Shown here: positions 8,274 through 16,750 of the stretch, piece by piece
Position numbering within the stretch: position 1 is the first letter of the stretch
How the letters are laid out: every line of letters begins with the position of its first letter
From: a virus
Taxonomy: Duplodnaviria; Heunggongvirae; Uroviricota; Caudoviricetes
Length of the DNA stretch: 64,000 nucleotides
IMG/VR virus record: IMGVR_UViG_3300035034_002381
Span: 1 to 64,000 of that record
Direction: 5' to 3' (one strand)
Program-made: the position numbers and the translations under genes
The notes under the pieces: model-generated
Seen by the model: the letters and a program-made list of their open reading frames with translations, nothing else
The model's database searches: none
Told to the model about the DNA's origin: nothing

Positions 8274-8636
8274 ATGAAAGTAATTTATTCTGCAGTTTTT
8301 GTTGATAAGTCTACCCTTATAAAAAAATTTAAACCGGTATTTGATAACATTCATGCTCATCACATGACTATTGAATTTAGACCAGAATCAACAGATAATC
8401 TGGATATTGACAAAAATTACAAATTGAAAATTATCGGTAGATTAATTACAGACAAAGTTGATGTTCTTCTTGTTGATGATGGAGGCATCAGTAAAAATGA
8501 ATTCCCACACATTACAATTTCTATAGCTGATGGTGTTAGGCCTTTCGAAAGTAATACCGAAATCAAAAATAATTATTCCAAAATAACTAAACTTCGTGGA
8601 GAAATAACAGGCAAAATCGGAGTTTTCACCGCATAA
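8274..8636 (+). CDS. Small 2H phosphoesterase superfamily protein (LigT / 2',3'-cyclic phosphodiesterase or Acb1-like)
   Basis: Two H-x-T-x motifs, HHMTIEF and PHITISI, about 70 residues apart in a 120-aa protein. Confidence 0.5.
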   Translation: MKVIYSAVFVDKSTLIKKFKPVFDNIHAHHMTIEFRPESTDNLDIDKNYKLKIIGRLITDKVDVLLVDDGGISKNEFPHITISIADGVRPFESNTEIKNNYSKITKLRGEITGKIGVFTA

Positions 8637-8645
8637 ATCTTAACT

Positions 8646-8870
8646 ATGAAAAAGGTAACATTTCTAATTTTAATATTGTTCAACATTAATTTATGGGCAC
8701 AAGAACAACCAGATACAGTTTATGTTCTGAAAAGTTTTACAGTCAAAGGTGTGAGAGCTGATCCTAAAACACCGATCACACAAAAAACAATAGACAAGAA
8801 ATTTATTGAACGCAATTATTTTGGTCAAGAAATTCCTATTCTTTTAAATACCACACCATCAATAAATTAG
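8646..8870 (+). CDS. Small secreted protein
   Basis: Signal peptide MKKVTFLILILFNINLWAQ. Confidence 0.45.
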   Translation: MKKVTFLILILFNINLWAQEQPDTVYVLKSFTVKGVRADPKTPITQKTIDKKFIERNYFGQEIPILLNTTPSIN

Positions 8871-9116
8871 GTATGGAAAAATCTCAAGACTTTGAACCAA
8901 CCGAACCAGAAGAAATGTATTAAAATAATTGAAAATAACTCTTCCAGATTAAAACTTTTTGATTACTTTTGTATATATACTGTATATTTAAACAAACAAT
9001 AATGAAAACACAAATCAACATAACTACCAGTTATTCTTTAAGAAGCTTATGTACGTCGCTGAGACTATATGAGACAGGGTATCTATGTTGATCAAACATA
9101 TTTTTGATTACAAACT

Positions 9117-9150
9117 AAACCCTGTCTATTTAATTAGACAGGGTTTTTTT
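9117..9150 (+). terminator. Rho-independent terminator (aaccctgtcta-tttaatt-agacagggtt plus TTTTTTT)
   Basis: Hairpin plus T-run preceding the third tRNA cluster. Confidence 0.75.
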
Positions 9151-9155
9151 ATTTG

Positions 9156-9245
9156 GAAGATAAAGCAGCTGCATTGGAGCGGCGACTAGCCTTGAAAACT
9201 AGGTCTCGGAGAAATCTGGGTGGGGTTCGAGTCCTCTGTCTTCCT
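9156..9245 (+). tRNA. Class II tRNA-Ser (TGA)
   Basis: Acceptor ggaagat/gtcttcc, anticodon loop cttgaaa, long variable arm, T-loop ttcgagt; 90 nt. Confidence 0.55.
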
Positions 9246-9276
9246 CAAAGTTTTAGTTCATTGACATATTAATATT

Positions 9277-9362
9277 AGAGGATGCGGTAATGGTGGTTAT
9301 TACAGTATCTTGGAAAGGTACCGATCGTTTATTCGGTCAGGGTTCGACTCCCTCATCCTCTG
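9277..9362 (+). tRNA. Class II tRNA-Ser (GGA)
   Basis: Acceptor agaggatg/catcctct, anticodon stem gtatc/ggtac with loop ttggaaa, variable arm ccgatcgtttattcggtc, T-arm agggttcgactccct. Confidence 0.65.
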
Positions 9363-9493
9363 CTATGTTCTTCTTAGAATAACTAATTTATGTAAATGTG
9401 AGTTCGAATCTCATCAAATGCTTTTAGCATCTGTAGCCAAATGGTTAGGCAATATACTTGAAATATATAACAAACGATTAGAAGAACAACATG

Positions 9494-9566
9494 CTTCCAT
9501 AGTATAAAGGTTCATTATTCCTGTTTTGTAATCAGGCGATATCGGTTCGATTCCGATTGGGAGCTC
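9494..9566 (+). tRNA. tRNA-Thr (TGT)
   Basis: Acceptor gcttcca/tgggagc, anticodon loop tttgtaa, T-arm atcggttcgattccgat. Confidence 0.6.
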
Positions 9567-9714
9567 AATGAATATGATGTTTATTTAGATCCTAAAAATG
9601 ATTATCTTATTGGTATAGATAGTAAAAAAATTGAAAAGGTCGAAGAATTGTATAATGTGCGTAATAATAGACAAGGATAATTTATCTTGGAATGATATTC
9701 AAAATAAAATAAAT

Positions 9715-9795
9715 GTTTCAGTGGTGGAATGGTAGACACGTCGGTCTTAGGAACCGATGCCGAAAGGCGTGAGAGTTCGAGTCTCTCCTGGAATA
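9715..9795 (+). tRNA. Class II tRNA-Leu (TAG), canonical architecture
   Basis: D-arm gtg-gaatggtaga-cac, anticodon stem tcggt/accga with loop cttagga, variable arm gccgaaaggc, T-arm gagagttcgagtctctc. Confidence 0.65.
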
Positions 9796-9796
9796 C

Positions 9797-9876
9797 ACTC
9801 TGGTGGATTAGGTAAATTGGTACAGCTAAACGGCTTAGACCCGTATCCCTTCTGGGTTCGAATCCCAGTCAGAGTA
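9797..9876 (+). tRNA. Atypical 80-nt tRNA-like gene, family member 1. The anticodon-like hairpin is acgg-cttagac-ccgt (TAG). There is no variable arm, and a 7-nt insertion separates the acceptor from the 3-bp D-stem
   Basis: Acceptor actctgg/tcagagt, conserved block tggattaggtaaattggtacagctaa, T-arm ctgggttcgaatcccag. Confidence 0.5.
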
Positions 9877-9881
9877 CAAAT

Positions 9882-9961
9882 GCTCCTGTGGTTTATGTAA
9901 ATTGGCACAGCTAAGCGGCTTAAACCCGCAACCTTTATGGGTTCGAGTCCCATCAGGAGTA
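9882..9961 (+). tRNA. Atypical 80-nt tRNA-like gene, family member 2; anticodon-like hairpin gcgg-cttaaac-ccgc (TAA)
   Basis: Acceptor gctcctg/caggagt, conserved block tggtttatgtaaattggcacagctaa, T-arm atgggttcgagtcccat. Confidence 0.5.
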
Positions 9962-10056
9962 CAAAAGTTTATCAACGTCTTGAGTCAAGTTGGATGATGA
10001 CAAAAAGGCTAACGGCAGAAGTGAATCCATCGCACTGTGTTACATAAACTTTATCT

Positions 10057-10129
10057 GGCCAGGATTCTCAATTGGACGGGACTCTGTCTTCTAAACAGAT
10101 GTTTGTGGGTTCGAATCCCATCTTGGTCT
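10057..10129 (+). tRNA. tRNA-Arg (TCT)
   Basis: Acceptor ggccagg/cttggtc, anticodon stem tctgt/acaga with loop cttctaa, T-arm gtgggttcgaatcccat. Confidence 0.6.
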
Positions 10130-10135
10130 CTAAAC

Positions 10136-10209
10136 GCAGGTATACCTAAGTGGTTTAAAGGAGCGGATTGCAAACCCGTTATTCATTGGTTCGAATCCAA
10201 TTACCTGCT
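10136..10209 (+). tRNA. tRNA-Cys (GCA)
   Basis: Perfect acceptor gcaggta/tacctgc, anticodon loop ttgcaaa, T-arm attggttcgaatccaat. Confidence 0.7.
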
Positions 10210-10214
10210 CACTT

Positions 10215-10297
10215 GGAAGGTAACTTGATGGTGATAGAGGTAGTTTGCTAAACTACTGGCCGTTTACTCGGTCGAGGTTCGATTCCTCTGCCTTCCG
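10215..10297 (+). tRNA. Class II tRNA-Ser (GCT)
   Basis: Acceptor ggaaggt/gccttcc, anticodon stem gtagt/actac with loop ttgctaa, variable arm ggccgtttactcggtc, T-arm gaggttcgattcctc. Confidence 0.7.
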
Positions 10298-10301
10298 CTA
10301 T

Positions 10302-10379
10302 GCTCCTGTGGATTATGTAAAAGCACAGCTAACACCTTGAGGAGGTGATCCTTTGTGGGTTCGAGTCCCGCCAGGAGTA
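10302..10379 (+). tRNA. Atypical tRNA-like gene, family member 3; anticodon-like hairpin cacc-ttgagga-ggtg (GAG)
   Basis: Acceptor gctcctg/caggagt, conserved block tggattatgtaaaagcacagctaa, T-arm gtgggttcgagtcccgc. Confidence 0.5.
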
Positions 10380-10404
10380 CAAAGAAGCAAAGAGTTAGTT
10401 AGGT

Positions 10405-10479
10405 TAGACTGGCTTGTTATGTGGTGAAATTGGTAAACGCGAGCGCTTTGGTGCTTAGTAACCTTAACACTTCTTATTT
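10405..10479 (+). ncRNA. Partial tRNA-like element: a Leu-type D-arm gtg-gtgaaattggtaaac-gc plus a hairpin, with no T-arm. It abuts the next tRNA
   Basis: Shares its D-arm sequence with the 10788-10899 element. Confidence 0.3.
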
Positions 10480-10553
10480 GCTGAGTTAGTATAGTCGGTT
10501 TATTACGATACCCTGGTACGGTATTAACACCAGTTCGATTCTGGTACTCAGCT
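10480..10553 (+). tRNA. tRNA-Thr (GGT)
   Basis: Perfect acceptor gctgagt/actcagc, anticodon stem atacc/ggtat with loop ctggtac, T-arm accagttcgattctggt. Confidence 0.7.
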
Positions 10554-10565
10554 CATGAAAAATAT

Positions 10566-10645
10566 GCCTCTGTGGATTATGTAAATTGGCACAGCTAACG
10601 GTTTCAAACTCCGATCTTTTATGGGTTCGAATCCCATCAGAGGCA
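10566..10645 (+). tRNA. Atypical tRNA-like gene, family member 4; anticodon-like hairpin cgg(t)-ttcaaac-(t)ccg (CAA)
   Basis: Perfect acceptor gcctctg/cagaggc, conserved block tggattatgtaaattggcacagctaa, T-arm atgggttcgaatcccat. Confidence 0.5.
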
Positions 10646-10661
10646 CAAGTAGGAGAAATTT

Positions 10662-10746
10662 AGTCCAGTGGCGAAACAGGTATACGCACAAGATTTAAGC
10701 TCTTGCTTCCATTGAGGAATTGCGGGTTCGATTCCCGCCTGGATTA
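10662..10746 (+). tRNA. Class II tRNA-Leu (TAA), canonical architecture
   Basis: Acceptor agtccag/ctggatt, D-arm gcg-aaacaggtata-cgc, anticodon stem caaga/tcttg with loop tttaagc, variable arm ttccattgaggaa, T-arm gcgggttcgattcccgc. Confidence 0.65.
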
Positions 10747-10787
10747 CTAAGTTAGTACGGGTTCGATCCCCGTCTTGGCTACTAAAT

Positions 10788-10899
10788 TTGACCGTGGTGA
10801 AATTGGTAAACACACCCTTAAATCAGGGAGTATGAGAATATGTACTTGAAGCTGACGCAGAACATCATACATATGTAGGTTCGAATCCTATCGGTCGAA
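10788..10899 (+). ncRNA. 112-nt tRNA-like RNA with a roughly 45-nt extra stem-loop (atatgta...tacatat) inserted before the T-arm
   Basis: Acceptor ttgaccg/cggtcga, Leu-type D-arm gtg-aaattggtaaa-cac, anticodon-like ccc-ttaaatca-ggg, T-arm gtaggttcgaatcctat. Confidence 0.4.
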
Positions 10900-10904
10900 C
10901 AAAT

Positions 10905-10978
<74 letters not shown>

Positions 10979-11325
10979 CTATCTAAAACTTTATTCAATT
11001 TCCATAATATAATGTGTAACTAAACTTTATAGAAATGGAAAAAATACTAATGTCTGAAATTTTGACTTATGACAACTTCGACGACGGTTTACCTGAAGAA
11101 TATGAATTTGTCGATTCTGAACAAACATATTTTGATGGTGAAAAAGGCTTTGTTAATATCGAAGCTATTATCAGAAGAGAATCAGACTCACAATTTTTAA
11201 AGTAAAATACACCGATTATGGAAAAGGTGAAAATGATCTTATGGAAAGTGTGGGCGAACCTGTAACTCAAAAATCCAAAACAATTTTCTACTATGTAACT
11301 CAAAAATCCAAAACAATTTTCTACT

Positions 11326-11598
11326 ATGAATAGTATGACCTTTTTATTAGGCATTACGTATGTTATCGGATACTTTTTAAGTATCATAATCCTAAAAAGA
11401 TTTCACCATATTTTGGATATTCCAGATTATAATTCATATCCAAAATATAATGAATATTCAAGCAATGCACAAGCATACACAATGTGGTCAATTGTATGGC
11501 CGTTATTTTGGGTCTTAAAAATCATAGTTCTTCTTTTCGAAAAACTTATTAATTTAACTAAATATATACTAAATGGAAACTCAAGCTCAAGAAAGTAA
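11326..11598 (+). CDS. Small membrane protein with two hydrophobic segments
   Basis: LLGITYVIGYFLSIIIL and MWSIVWPLFWVLKIIVLLF. Confidence 0.4.
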   Translation: MNSMTFLLGITYVIGYFLSIIILKRFHHILDIPDYNSYPKYNEYSSNAQAYTMWSIVWPLFWVLKIIVLLFEKLINLTKYILNGNSSSRK

Positions 11599-12508
11599 TA
11601 GAATAATCAAAGAAATTCATTCTTCTTTTTATTCAATGGATCAAGAAACTGATACATATCTTCAACGCCAAATTCAAGCTGCGTATGACGAATCTATCAA
11701 AGGCTCTTTAGAGAAGACTATCAAAAAATATGGTTTTAATAATGCCAAAAACTCTGACATTTTTGATAAAGCATTACTTGAAAGTCGGGAAGAATTAAAT
11801 GATGTCTTAAACGAATGTTCAGTGACATATCCAGGTAAAAAGTTTATTACTGATGAACAAATAGCACAGCTTTGTATCAAATATAATTTATTACTAACAA
11901 CACCAGATAGATTTATTGGTGAAATACCAGAACGTAATATCCAAGAGTTGAACGACTTTAATCCAAAAGGTAGCGAAAAAAAGGCGTTTTTTGATCCCAA
12001 AGTTTTTTATAAATTATATAACTTTATAAGAGAATATGAAGAGAAGCATTATTATATGAATAAAAATCTAAAAAAATCTATTGCAATGATTTATCGATCA
12101 TTTATGAATCATAGTAACATGGATTCAATACTTTTTCCAGATAATAATAAATATATTGTTCATGGTGTCAATGAAGATAAATCAATCACCACAACTGAAT
12201 TAGGTATTCAAACAGCAAAGAAAATATCTGAAGAATTATCTAAGAAAGAAAGAAATTCTGTACCTATTTTACCGTTGTTTTCACAAACTATGATAGCAGC
12301 GACATCTGATTTACTTGATATTCCTAAACTAGGATTGATCAAGAATAAAAGAAATGAACTTGTTTTAGGTCTTAATTCAAAACAATTTAAAGAAAATTTT
12401 CTACCTGATCCAATTGTACTACATAAAGTAAAACGTGGTGCTATTATTATAACTGCTTGGGGCTTGGAATCTCAAGATGAACTAGTATTCAATCCTATTA
12501 TTAATTGA
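11573..12508 (+). CDS. Hypothetical protein
   Basis: 311-aa ORF. Confidence 0.45.
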   Translation: METQAQESNRIIKEIHSSFYSMDQETDTYLQRQIQAAYDESIKGSLEKTIKKYGFNNAKNSDIFDKALLESREELNDVLNECSVTYPGKKFITDEQIAQLCIKYNLLLTTPDRFIGEIPERNIQELNDFNPKGSEKKAFFDPKVFYKLYNFIREYEEKHYYMNKNLKKSIAMIYRSFMNHSNMDSILFPDNNKYIVHGVNEDKSITTTELGIQTAKKISEELSKKERNSVPILPLFSQTMIAATSDLLDIPKLGLIKNKRNELVLGLNSKQFKENFLPDPIVLHKVKRGAIIITAWGLESQDELVFNPIIN

Positions 12509-12512
12509 TAAT

Positions 12513-12695
12513 ATGGAATATACGTGTATAAAGGTAGTAACTATTACAGAAGGTAATTTACCCCCTAGGATAGTAGTTGAATTGAAATCTGGAAATATTA
12601 AAATCGAAATAGAAATAAATGAAGACTTTGAAAAGGTCCCTGAAGATCTATTGAAACTTAAACCGGGCGAAACGTATTCGCTTTTAATAAATTAA
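12513..12695 (+). CDS. Small hypothetical protein
   Basis: 60-aa ORF. Confidence 0.3.
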   Translation: MEYTCIKVVTITEGNLPPRIVVELKSGNIKIEIEINEDFEKVPEDLLKLKPGETYSLLIN

Positions 12696-12712
12696 TAAAA
12701 ACAAAACCCCTT

Positions 12713-14710
12713 ATGAAAAAACTATTACTATTATTAATGCTATTTTCTTCTGTGAATTTATTTTCACAAGAAAATTATTTGATCCTTGATACCATTGGTA
12801 TGGATCAATACGAAAAACAAATTTTTGAGGAAAAAGTAAATTCCCCAGAATCTAACGAAGAGATTTCATGTTTAACCTTATTTGCTGGATCCAGACATGA
12901 ATTTAATTCAAAGTTAAAATCAATTAACGAATCAAAAAGCAATGTTGATATTAACGAAACTATTAGAATTCCCGTTGTTTATCATATTATGCACATTACC
13001 AAATTTGGTCTTGGTGGAGTTCCTTTCGAATCAGGACTAATTAGCAAACAACAAGTGTGGTCTGCTTTGGATGATCATATTAAAGGATTCCAAGCATATG
13101 TTGGGACTCGTCAAGAAACGGGATATGATACTAATATAGAATTTTATTTAGCAAACCTGGATGAAGAAGGAAATTTATTTGACGGTGTTATTTATTATGA
13201 TATGGACACAGTCCCCTGGGTAACTACTGAGGAAAGAGAACAATTTTTTAATTTCGGAATGTTTGGTATTGGACTTGATGATTTCTTAATCAAAAATAAC
13301 ATTTCATTAGACCCTGATAGATATCTAAATGTTTACATTACTCCAGAGATTTCTGGTAATGATGGAGGTAATGGGATCCAAGGATATGCATTTTTTCCAG
13401 GTGGTACTCAAGCACTTTGGGGACAAACAAATTTATCAAATATAGTAGGATTACCTTCAGTAAACTATTATGATGCTGATTTTGATGGTATAATGGACGA
13501 AGGAGTGGGGCCTTTACTTAAACCCAGTGCTCAAGAAAATGATACCCATCCACACGAAACCGGACATAATTTCCGTCTTTATCATACATTCCAAGGACAA
13601 AGTTGTGCAATTGAAGGTAATTGTGATACCCAAGGAGATGGAATCTGTGATACGGAGCCAACCCCACGTAATACCCAATGTAATTATAATGGGTGTCCGA
13701 CTCCTACCCCCGTTTCTAATAAGAATTATATGTCATATTCAGAATGCAGGTTTGAATTTACCGAAGACCAAAACCATGAAATGCGATCTTCTTTCACTGA
13801 AGATCTACCATTACTTGTTAGCAGTATTGATTCGGGATTATGTTATATTCCAAGACAAACCCAAGTTGAAATGATCATCCCACAATCAAACGATATAACA
13901 GGATGTCCCGATTCTCCTTTCCTTTCTTTTACTGTAAGAAACCTAGGTCCTGAAGTTGATTCAACAGGAATCCCGGTTATGTTAACAAATCTTGTTATAG
14001 CTTATGGAAATGATTTGTCTAACGTTGACACGTTTGAATTTAATTTAAATTTAGGTCCTTTCCAATATGATGATTTAGTTTTACCTTCTGTAGATAATCA
14101 AAGTTCAAATAGAAAGATCAAATTACTTTCTGTTAACGGATTTCCGGTAGAAGATTCAAGCACTCTTTCTACTAATCTTCCAGTAGGACCTAATGAATTA
14201 ATTGTAGTTTGCCAACCAAACTGTTCATCAATACAAGATAATTATTGGAAAGTTACAAATTTAAATACTGGAACTATTGCATTCCAAAGTGAATATTATC
14301 CTGTTAATTATTCAGGACCTCCTATCGAAACAAGGATCTGTTTACCTGGAGGCAATTATCAATTTTCATTAATTGATGAATCTGAAAATGGTTGGAATGG
14401 TACTTTTTGTAATCCCGATTTTTTCGATGAACCATTTATGGAAGTTTATTACAATGGATCCTTATGTCAATCTATACAAGGTGATGAATTTAATAGTTCT
14501 GAGTGGTCATTTACAAATTGTAACACTAGTACTCAGGGACTGATTGAAAATGAAGAAGAACCTGTTTTAGAATATGAGTACTATACTCAACAAATGGAAA
14601 GAGTAGAATTTGAAGATATTGTTACAAACCAATTCTTTATAATTTATACTTATGAAAAATCTGAAAGTTCTAGAGAGTTGATCGATAGAGATTGGATCAT
14701 AAAACAGTAA
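12713..14710 (+). CDS. Secreted zinc metalloprotease, peptidase family M43 (pappalysin / ulilysin / cytophagalysin-like metzincin)
   Basis: Signal peptide MKKLLLLLMLFSSVNLFSQ. Extended zinc motif HETGHNFRLYHTFQG (HExxHxxxxxH, family M43) followed by the Cys-rich CDTQGDGICDTEPTP (the ulilysin GDxxxDTP signature). Confidence 0.75.
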   Translation: MKKLLLLLMLFSSVNLFSQENYLILDTIGMDQYEKQIFEEKVNSPESNEEISCLTLFAGSRHEFNSKLKSINESKSNVDINETIRIPVVYHIMHITKFGLGGVPFESGLISKQQVWSALDDHIKGFQAYVGTRQETGYDTNIEFYLANLDEEGNLFDGVIYYDMDTVPWVTTEEREQFFNFGMFGIGLDDFLIKNNISLDPDRYLNVYITPEISGNDGGNGIQGYAFFPGGTQALWGQTNLSNIVGLPSVNYYDADFDGIMDEGVGPLLKPSAQENDTHPHETGHNFRLYHTFQGQSCAIEGNCDTQGDGICDTEPTPRNTQCNYNGCPTPTPVSNKNYMSYSECRFEFTEDQNHEMRSSFTEDLPLLVSSIDSGLCYIPRQTQVEMIIPQSNDITGCPDSPFLSFTVRNLGPEVDSTGIPVMLTNLVIAYGNDLSNVDTFEFNLNLGPFQYDDLVLPSVDNQSSNRKIKLLSVNGFPVEDSSTLSTNLPVGPNELIVVCQPNCSSIQDNYWKVTNLNTGTIAFQSEYYPVNYSGPPIETRICLPGGNYQFSLIDESENGWNGTFCNPDFFDEPFMEVYYNGSLCQSIQGDEFNSSEWSFTNCNTSTQGLIENEEEPVLEYEYYTQQMERVEFEDIVTNQFFIIYTYEKSESSRELIDRDWIIKQ

Positions 14711-15599
14711 ACAAACAATGTGGGTGTATAGAAATGTACACTCACATTCTAACTAAATTTTTATGTAGCAGATGATGAAGTAGCTAAGAATCAAAAATTA
14801 CGAAAATGGCTTGTGTTACCCAAATGGTAAACTGACTTTTCGGGGATTTCTTAAATCAAAAATAAAACATGGAAAAAGTAAGAATCGTTCAAGATGAAAG
14901 TAGTCATTGGTACATAATCCCTAATAAAAAATTGGAAGATTTTTATGAAGATTCTGTAAACATTGAAATGTGTGATAATGGGAATTTTGATAGAAAATGG
15001 GCGCAATATGCTACAGGCGGCAGCCCTAATAATATTCAATTATATGCAAATTTAGAAGTTTATTTTTCTATGTGAATTATTTTGATTATATTTAAACAAA
15101 TAAAATTGGTATGGAAAGAAATGAATTTTTAGAACTTGATGGTTTAGCAGCAGAAACTGAAACACATGAATGGTTTTGGGACAAAAGTTCTACACTACTT
15201 GCTCACAAAAAATCTATAACTTCTAACGGTAGAGAAGACGATTCACTCGACGTTAAATGTATGGTTTGTAGGAATAAAGAAACTGGTGAGTATGACAGAG
15301 TTGTATTAAACAACAAAAACGAACCTATTTATGATACTAAAAGTTTAGAAAGTCTAGGTTTTTGGATTGATAAACATAAAGTAATTAAAAGATACCAAGA
15401 TCATGACAAAATTTCAAAGTAATTCAATAGGAACTGTAATGATACCCGACGGTACGTATTTAGGTACAGTCACTGGTTTTAGAGTTAAACTTAAAAGAGG
15501 CGGAACGATTTTAGAGTTTGAAGTCAAAGACAATAGTAATCAAAGTAATCTTCCTGTTAATATCATAGTTAATGGTATGCGGGCAAAAGTAATACAAAC

Positions 15600-16139
15600 A
15601 TGAAAAACTGGAGATCAGTTGCTGATAAAGGTACAAAATTTGATTTAGTTGAATATACCAAAAAATTTCTTGGTGATTATAATCATAGCGATGTACATAT
15701 TTATGTAGGTTGCGATAGTCAAAATATTCGCAAGTCAAAATGGACTGGTTATGTTACTTGTGTAGCATTTCATATAGGTACAATTGACGGCGATGAATTT
15801 TATGGTAGAGGTGTTCACTTGATTTTTCAAACTGAAAAGTACAAAAAAATCAATGATAACTGGACTCGACTTTGGAAAGAAGTTGAAAAATCTATGGAAG
15901 CAGCAGAAACTTTAAGACAAGCTGGTATTTTAATTCACCAAGTAGATCTTGATTTTAACCAGGATGAACTTCATGATTCTAATAGACTAGTTTCGGCAGG
16001 TGTTGGATTATTTGTGGGTTTAGGTTATAAAGTTGCATCAAAACCTGATGAATTAATTGCATCCCGAGCGGCTGATCATATTATTCATCATACTTCTTGG
16101 AAGAATGTAAAAAGTCTAAATGTAAAAAGTCTAAACTAA
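15600..16139 (+). CDS. Hypothetical protein, possibly an RNase H-like fold
   Basis: VHIYVGCDSQ ... KEVEKSMEAAETL ... HQVDLD ... DHIIHH loosely parallels the RNase HI TDGSC / ELMAA / STDS / H..D order; this is weak. Confidence 0.25.
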   Translation: MKNWRSVADKGTKFDLVEYTKKFLGDYNHSDVHIYVGCDSQNIRKSKWTGYVTCVAFHIGTIDGDEFYGRGVHLIFQTEKYKKINDNWTRLWKEVEKSMEAAETLRQAGILIHQVDLDFNQDELHDSNRLVSAGVGLFVGLGYKVASKPDELIASRAADHIIHHTSWKNVKSLNVKSLN

Positions 16140-16355
16140 TGGAGGAAAGAGATATTCGCATTTACATTTATGATCCAGGAAGTTTGAAAAAATTCCACCA
16201 AATCATAAACACAAACATAAAAGTATTGAGTCTGCAGAAGAACTAATAAAAAGGCTACAAGAAAACCCTAAATTTAGATTTGACAGGAGACAATTTGTGA
16301 TTACGGAATACACTGGAGTTTACCAATCATCAATAATCAAAATCATAAATCCTTT

Positions 16356-16688
16356 ATGAAAAAATGGGATGATATAAGAAACTCGATGTCTGGAAATTCA
16401 GATATTATAGAAGTTTGGAAGAAAGTTGTAGATAAACACCAAAATGAAGAAATTGAGTGGATTGAAAACCTTAGAAAACAAGGTTATAAAGCATCTCATC
16501 CTAATGACGGTTGGGTAGACAGAGAAAATAACAAAATACATCTGGTTTATCCACAATTCAACGATGGAATTGGTGTGAATGATAAACTAATGATTGGTAG
16601 TCCAAACAGTGATAATAATCGACCTGTGCGAATAACCGGCATTGATGAATTTGCAATGACATATTATTTATTTGAAGACTTAGAATAA
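16356..16688 (+). CDS. Hypothetical protein
   Basis: 110-aa ORF followed by terminator 16716-16750. Confidence 0.4.
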   Translation: MKKWDDIRNSMSGNSDIIEVWKKVVDKHQNEEIEWIENLRKQGYKASHPNDGWVDRENNKIHLVYPQFNDGIGVNDKLMIGSPNSDNNRPVRITGIDEFAMTYYLFEDLE

Positions 16689-16715
16689 CCATAACATATT
16701 ATCCTTTTCTTAATG

Positions 16716-16750
16716 ACCAAGATTCTAAGAATCTTGGTCATTTTTTATGA
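16716..16750 (+). terminator. Rho-independent terminator (aatgaccaagattc-taa-gaatcttggtcatt plus TTTTTT)
   Basis: Perfect 14-bp hairpin plus T-run. Confidence 0.8.

Noticed and set aside
9310-10228. Track ORFs 9310-9507, 9747-9953(-), 10037-10228
   Set aside because: Same reason: they overlap the densely packed third tRNA cluster.
11067-11387. Minus-strand ORF 11067-11387 (106 aa)
   Set aside because: It is the only sizeable minus-strand ORF in a fully plus-strand region. Its translation contains the 33-bp tandem repeat read as a repeated peptide (IVENCFGFLSY x2). It also overlaps plus-strand small ORFs and a promoter-like region.
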